Assembly: GCA_052327205.1 (NCBI GenBank)
Contig: CM126203.1
Coordinates: 42,842,001 to 42,906,000, forward strand
DNA: 64,000 nt
Reading direction: 5' to 3'
Origin: Somniosus microcephalus
Lineage: Eukaryota
Part shown: positions 61,742 through 64,000 of the stretch, one piece after another
How positions within the stretch are numbered: position 1 is the stretch's first letter
Layout: every line of letters starts with the position of its first letter
Made by a program: the position numbers and the translations under genes
The notes under the pieces: generated by a model
Told to the model about the DNA's origin: nothing
The model's database searches: none
What the model saw: only the letters and a program-made list of their open reading frames with translations

Positions 61742-62595
61742 CTTATATTTTAATGAGCATTGCTCGATGACATTGATATTATTTTTACAGCTTCCAAGAT
61801 TGATGTTCACACCAGTGAAAATTACAGTATTATTCCATGTCTGAACTGATCAACCACCCATCCCTCCCATACCTAACTCTTCAGCGATATTGCAGGAACA
61901 GTTGGAAACCAATGAGGGAGCAGTCCCTCAGGCCTCTGTACCCTTGGAAATTGGTCATTCTGCTCACTTTCGGCAAAATTTTATTTTCTAAATGCTTATT
62001 TTGGGACAGTGGTTGGTGCAGTGAGTTGGAGTTCCATCGTGTGTTGTGTGAGGTAATAAGCCACAGATTTACATGGTGAAACCCCGAGTTCAAATGCACC
62101 ATCGCACAGCGATGGCAAGCAGGGGCAAGGTGCTTCTGCACAGGGAGAGAGGGAGAGAGGAATAGAAAACTCTGGTTTATATGGGCCTTAGTTCATTCTT
62201 TTTCATTTTCAACTTTAAGAGAAAAAAAACGATTGTTTTCATTTTTTCTCTTCTGTCTCCAGGGATATTGCTAACGTAGAAACATGTATTTACAAAGAAA
62301 TCCCTCCTTCTTTAATACTAGTGGGACAAGACTTGGGTAGAACTGCTGTAATTCACAAAGCAACGAGAAATCCCATCCACTCAGTGGCTGGCCTCGTTAC
62401 AATTGATGTAATAGGCAGTAATAAATATGTTCCTCTTCATTGCTGAAAAGATGCTGTCAAATGTTGTATTTGCCTCCTGTTAGAAGATTAGCTCACAATG
62501 TTTGTGAAGAACCACTTTTAAAGCTATCTCACTGGCACTAATACAAATAAGCCTACAGTACGCAAATATTAGATGGCATTAGTTTCAGACATTCA

Positions 62596-63712
62596 GGCCG
62601 CAATTTTGCCAGCGTTCAGAGTATAGGTTTGGAGGCGGGTCCGTTGTCAAAACTGAAATGATTGACAGCGGGTTGAAAACCCGCTGCGAACCCCCCTCCA
62701 TGTAAGTTTCCAAAGTGTCGGGTCTGCGATTTCAGAACAGACCCGACACCAAGCGGTGGGAGAGGCATTTAAGATAGTTAACTGCTTGTTAAGTGTTTGT
62801 TAACTACTATTTTGCCAGCCTTTTTACAATTTTCCCACATTTTTATTGGGGTTCACATCATTCAGAGATCACGTCAGGTAAGTAGGTCGGGTTCTCTAAG
62901 TCTCCCCATTGCTGTGAATAGTTGACAACTGTAAAAGTGATATGAAAGCTACCATTTCACAGCTGGTCACTTTCCAATGTCAGAAACTTGAGCCTTCAGG
63001 ACTTGGAAGACACTTTTGAGCTTTATGCAGTTTGAAAGTGTTTGGAGTAAACTCTCTATCCACTGTCACTGCCTTGGAGCAAGCTCTCTCACCATTGACA
63101 GATCGCTTCTGTCATCTCAACTTCAGCTGCCATCTATTCCAGCAACATCGGTGCCCTTGAAAAAATCTCATCTTGGTCCTCTAAATCCCTCCATGATCAG
63201 CCCCAACACCAACATCACCAGGCATACCAACATCACCAACAACAACACTAACATTCTCCGCAATCGCCTGATGCTGCACAGGACACAGGGTATCAGCACC
63301 CGACAACATTGCTGCCCGGGAGGCCAGCAATGGCATCACCATGGACAGATTTACTTCACTTGATGCTGTACACCCTGGCTGCCACATGGTGCACCAGGTT
63401 AACACCACCCCACACCATCACCATAAAGCATTCCTACAATGACCATCCTTTCACGCTCAGTACCATTGCGGGGATACCGTTATGTCTCACCATTCACTGC
63501 AACTCACTAAGACACTTCCAAAGATGAGCACAGATCTGTCCAATAAGGCAAAGTGTTGAAAATAAAAATTTTAATGTTTGAAAACACATTAACAGAAACT
63601 TTATATGAACATTGCATAAGACACCCAAGTGCCTACCCTTGTGTGTTGTTAATTGGTATGATTGCACTAGGATGAGGGCTAGTGTGAGGGGTGGCTAGTG
63701 AAATGGGGATGT
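62596..63712. mobile_element. Non-autonomous Harbinger derivative (family of 42362-44119), interrupted by an LTR
   Basis: 63090-63712 aligns with 42840-43465. Confidence 0.75.
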
Positions 63713-64000
63713 TGTGGCGGAGCCACTAAGGGACTCCGATCAAATGTATATAATTCCCTTTAACAATATGTTAACTACAGCCTGAGTCTGTATCTTTGTA
63801 TATACTGTTTGCATGTACAGAGCGCGGTCCCTTTAAGAGTGCGGGCAAACGCGATGATGTCACGCCGTTCATCACGTGATCCCCCATCGGCGGGAAAAAC
63901 GTGATGACGTCATGACGCCAGCCACGGGACCGTCCAAGCAGTCCTCATGGAGCTTCCGAACTGACTAGACCTGTATTCGTAGCTTTCTTGCATCTGTTTG
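63713..64000 (+). mobile_element. LTR of a related Gypsy element running off the window
   Basis: Starts TGTGGCGG like the other two Trp-primed LTRs. Shares TAATTCCCTTTAAC, TTTAAGAG, TGACGTCA and CAGTCCTCATGGAG blocks. Confidence 0.8.

Noticed and set aside
62263-62446. Possible terminal exon after a strong pyrimidine tract + AG
   Set aside because: One open frame but no recognisable protein and no link to other exons.

Overview
Eukaryotic, not prokaryotic, DNA. The repeat repertoire (CR1 LINEs, Deu-type tRNA SINEs, Penelope termini, GC-rich Harbinger families) suggests a cartilaginous fish; this is inference. The window appears to be mostly one long intron or intergenic tract of an unidentified membrane-protein gene (candidate exon 195-331), filled with nested transposons. 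It holds two full-length but decayed Gypsy LTR retrotransposons, a non-autonomous Gypsy derivative, a solo LTR and a window-edge LTR. There are five CR1 LINE copies, two of them headed by tandem monomer arrays. It also contains one apparently intact autonomous Harbinger (DDE transposase plus 3-exon Myb/SANT gene) with more than ten non-autonomous relatives, SINEs, and a Penelope-type inverted mini-element with two minimal hammerhead ribozymes. Most notable: (1) a Gypsy with no tRNA PBS but a perfect 13-nt LTR/leader hairpin covering its poly(A) signal; (2) a non-autonomous LTR element with three stacked LTR-end/PBS junctions; (3) a 2.35-kb monomer array at a CR1 5' end; (4) the intact Harbinger; (5) the ribozyme pair. 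Coordinates were read by eye, and family names are from recognition, not database searches.
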